The notes under the pieces were generated by a model. The model worked only from the letters and a program-made list of their open reading frames with translations. It did not search any database and was not told the DNA's origin. 64,000 nucleotides of DNA, taken from positions 62,001 to 126,000 of the forward strand of contig JALMLS010000332.1 in assembly GCA_038496445.1 (NCBI GenBank), in the 5' to 3' direction. Of the stretch, positions 61,085-64,000 are shown one piece after another. Each line of letters starts with the position of its first letter. Within the stretch, counting starts at the first letter, position 1. The translations under genes and the position numbers were made by a program. The stretch is from Trichosphaerium sp. ATCC 40318 (taxonomy: Eukaryota > Protista > Tubulinea).

Positions 61085-61315
61085 AGTAGGTATCACAATG
61101 TTAACATTTTGGTCAATTAACATATCCAAAACAAAGCCTCTTCGTCACCATTCCTCCTACCATATCACGTGCACACAGAAACCCACTGTTGTACTACATA
61201 CAACCCTTGTATCAATTTAAAGTATTAGCCGCAGACACGTGTTTAAATTAATCTTGTAAGCAGCTCCTACTTTATTTTTTTTTTGTACAACAATTACACT
61301 TTTTTTTTTTCACTT

Positions 61316-64000
61316 TTAAGTTGATGGTAAAAGACATTTTTGTATTTGTTTTACCACCTTTGCAATCTTAACAAGCTGCTTCAAGTCTTCTGTTTCATAA
61401 AGAATAAAATCCTTTATACGTTTCAAGTACGCTTTAGCGTTAACATAATGTATTGATGTTATATCCTGAGCAACACGTAACTTTGATTTCATACCATCAA
61501 CAGGTCTAGAATAAACTTTTTGCTCAGGTTTAGAAACAAAAGCTTGTGCCATTGTCAACCCCTGTTGACAAAGAGTTAGCGTTTAAATCACGTGGCAATA
61601 GAGTAAATAGTCTACCTGGTTTATGAGTTTCATCTTCTCTGCAGCAGCACGTAAGGCTGCTACACCTTGAGTTTTTCTTATTTGTAAAAGTTGAGTTTCA
61701 AGGCAGTTATCAATTTCTTGACAACTTGCTGCTAGAACATGTTTGAAAAGCTTTACTTTATCTTCTGTAGAATCTTTCTTTTCAGCAACTTCATTTTTCG
61801 ATTCTTCTGGAGCATTAAAAGCCATTGGAAGCGAACTAAAAATACAATAAATAAAAGAAAAATAAAACGAAATGGGTTTCAAAGAAAGCACAAAAGGTTC
61901 TCTTGTTACCCTTTTCTGCGATGACCACTCTTTCTTGGAGTAGCTCCAGGTCTTGGAGCAGAACCTCTTTTACTTCGAGCATTTGAACTAGTCCAGTAAT
62001 AAGTATAAACCTGTAAAAGGCTCGCAAAGAAAGGAAGGGGTTTTTTTGAATCAAAAAACAAAAAAAATAGTTTAATACTCACGCTGGTTCTTTATCATAT
62101 ATAGGAGCCTTGTTCGCTGTTGAAGGAAACCACATAGATTCCTGAATTTCAACAAGAACTAAGAAATGTAAGCACTTGAATAAACGCGAAACTAAAATGA
62201 TAAAGTTGTAAACAAAAAAGCATACCATATTTATATTGCCACTGGACTATTGACTTATCTCGTGACCCTGTTAATACACACCCTCTTCCACAATCTAAAA
62301 TACATCTACAATCGTCCTCGTGGACTTTAATTTGCTTCAAGCAATCAAAGGTCTAAACAAAGGGTAATAAGCAAACACAACCGACATTGAACAAAAAACT
62401 TATAATTTTTAAACGTACTCTAGGGCTATATATGCGCACTGTACCGTGTCGTGATCCTGCCCATACGTACGATACACCAAACATAATTAAGGACAGGGTT
62501 AAAACCCTGTCATCTGTTTTAATTTCGTGTACATACTCACGACGCTAAGAAAAAAATCAGAAAGTTTTGATAAGGAAACCAAAAAAAAAACACAGTACCC
62601 AACGATCCCAAATTACAATTTTATGATTGCCACAAATCCACACGTGATTTCCAACTAATAAAATAGAATTTACTAAACCAACATCACAACGCCATGATTT
62701 AAGGCATTGTCCGCTTTCATACTCAATAACATGAATACCAGAGGCAGTACCAACCCAAACATGCCTATTTGAAAAAAAAAGTTAGACCTGGACTAAAAAC
62801 CGCGTACATACCTTTGACCCTCCAATCCATTATCTATAAAATACATACAACCAATAGGATCAGATACAGTCAAAGTCCCAGCAGGTTGATTATCCTTCCA
62901 AATATGAATGTGACCATTAACATCACCAGTCCATATTTCACCGGTGGATACCTCTTCAGGAACGAGCATCATTGCCTAAAAGCAAGCTATGTTAGAAATT
63001 TGGCTCTATCTATAGTTCTCTTATTTAAACAAACCTTAACTATACTTCTATGTTTTTGAAAACGTGTTATAAGCTCACAAGTCTACAAACGAAGTCAGAA
63101 CCAAACAATGTCAAAAAAAAAAACCAAAAAAAAATTAGTTGATATTATACCATGGAGTCCCACACTGATACTGTAAAGTCCTCGGATGCAGCCCACACAA
63201 GACTACCGTTTGTTTCAATCATATATATTTGCTTATCATGAGCAACAACATTTTTGACTGGTGCATCGGGGTCAATACCAATAGGTGTTTTTGCAGTTGA
63301 TCGTAGTTTATAAATAAAAATACTTCCTCGTGATGAACCACACCATACTTTATCACGGACCTTTGTCATACATATAATACCCTGATTACCATCAGGTGAT
63401 GTATGTCTAGAGTCCATAACCAAACGATCGACTTCTAAGTCTAAGACACGATCGAGATTTTCGGCATACTCCGCAGGAGCCTAAAACGCAATCAGAAGTT
63501 TTTCATTTTCCAAAAATAATTTGTCCTGGATACAGATTTCCACGTGCGAGCTTTGAAATATAAAGAACGCAATGATGACGTATTTTTCATTGTAATAAAA
63601 AATAACTAATGATGTTTTAAAGATTTTTACCTTCTCTTCAATTAATTGCTTTTCAAGTTTGTTTTTTATCAATTTTATATTTTTCTGAATAAGTTCAAGT
63701 CCTTTCTCATAATCCTCATGGGTTATCTTTAACATATCAGTCGATATTTCTTTTGTAGGCGGACGCTTTGCCTAAGACATTAACAGTGAGATTATATAAC
63801 CTAGTAACGGTAGTTTAAACATACACCAATCTGACCCAAAAAATGTCCAATCTTTTTACGATAATTTGTAATTAACGGTCCAAAAGGCTTCATGTAAACT
63901 TCACCTTCCTTATGAGACATATTCGCTATAGATTGTACAATTTTTGATGCAAGAATAAGACCACGACGTGCACGTGGTGTAATACCTAATACCAACATAA
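61316..64000 (-). CDS. RasGAP-domain + WD40-repeat protein; 3' part, starts beyond the window end
   Basis: RARRGLILASKIVQSIAN...EVYMKPFGPLI matches the end of a RasGAP domain. Beta-propeller blades follow (KVWCGSSRGSIFIY, AHDKQI...VWAASEDFTVSVWD, VLTGSRDKSIVQW), then a coiled-coil tail. Confidence 0.85.

Overview
This is gene-dense, AT-rich eukaryotic DNA with many short GT-AG introns (mostly 35-70 nt, 5' splice site often GTACG). Gene content (talin, family-C GPCR, RGS proteins, RasGAP-WD40) fits a free-living amoeboid protist, probably Amoebozoa; that placement is inference. I reconstructed about 27 protein genes by splicing exons by eye, so internal boundaries are approximate. Recognisable products include polyubiquitin (4 units, one aberrant), three F-box proteins, a two-pore K+ channel, a NIF/FCP1 phosphatase, GH31 alpha-glucosidase, SPCS3, talin, a MORN-variant protein, two RGS proteins, mitochondrial PheRS, BRCA2, a sulfatase, an isochorismatase and an acid lipase. 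The most notable signals are: (1) a BRCA2 with no canonical BRC repeat but about 22 bare FxxA motifs interleaved with repeated FxxP modules; (2) CACGTG about once per kb, mostly in introns and intergenic DNA; (3) the few long introns fold into long hairpins, three with H/ACA-snoRNA-like geometry; (4) a 15.5-16.8 kb island with a MITE-like element between direct repeats, a His-rich microprotein and an unidentified structured RNA; (5) intronless F-box + hypervariable-LRR or MORN genes resembling giant-virus proteins. No rRNA, tRNA or CRISPR array was seen.
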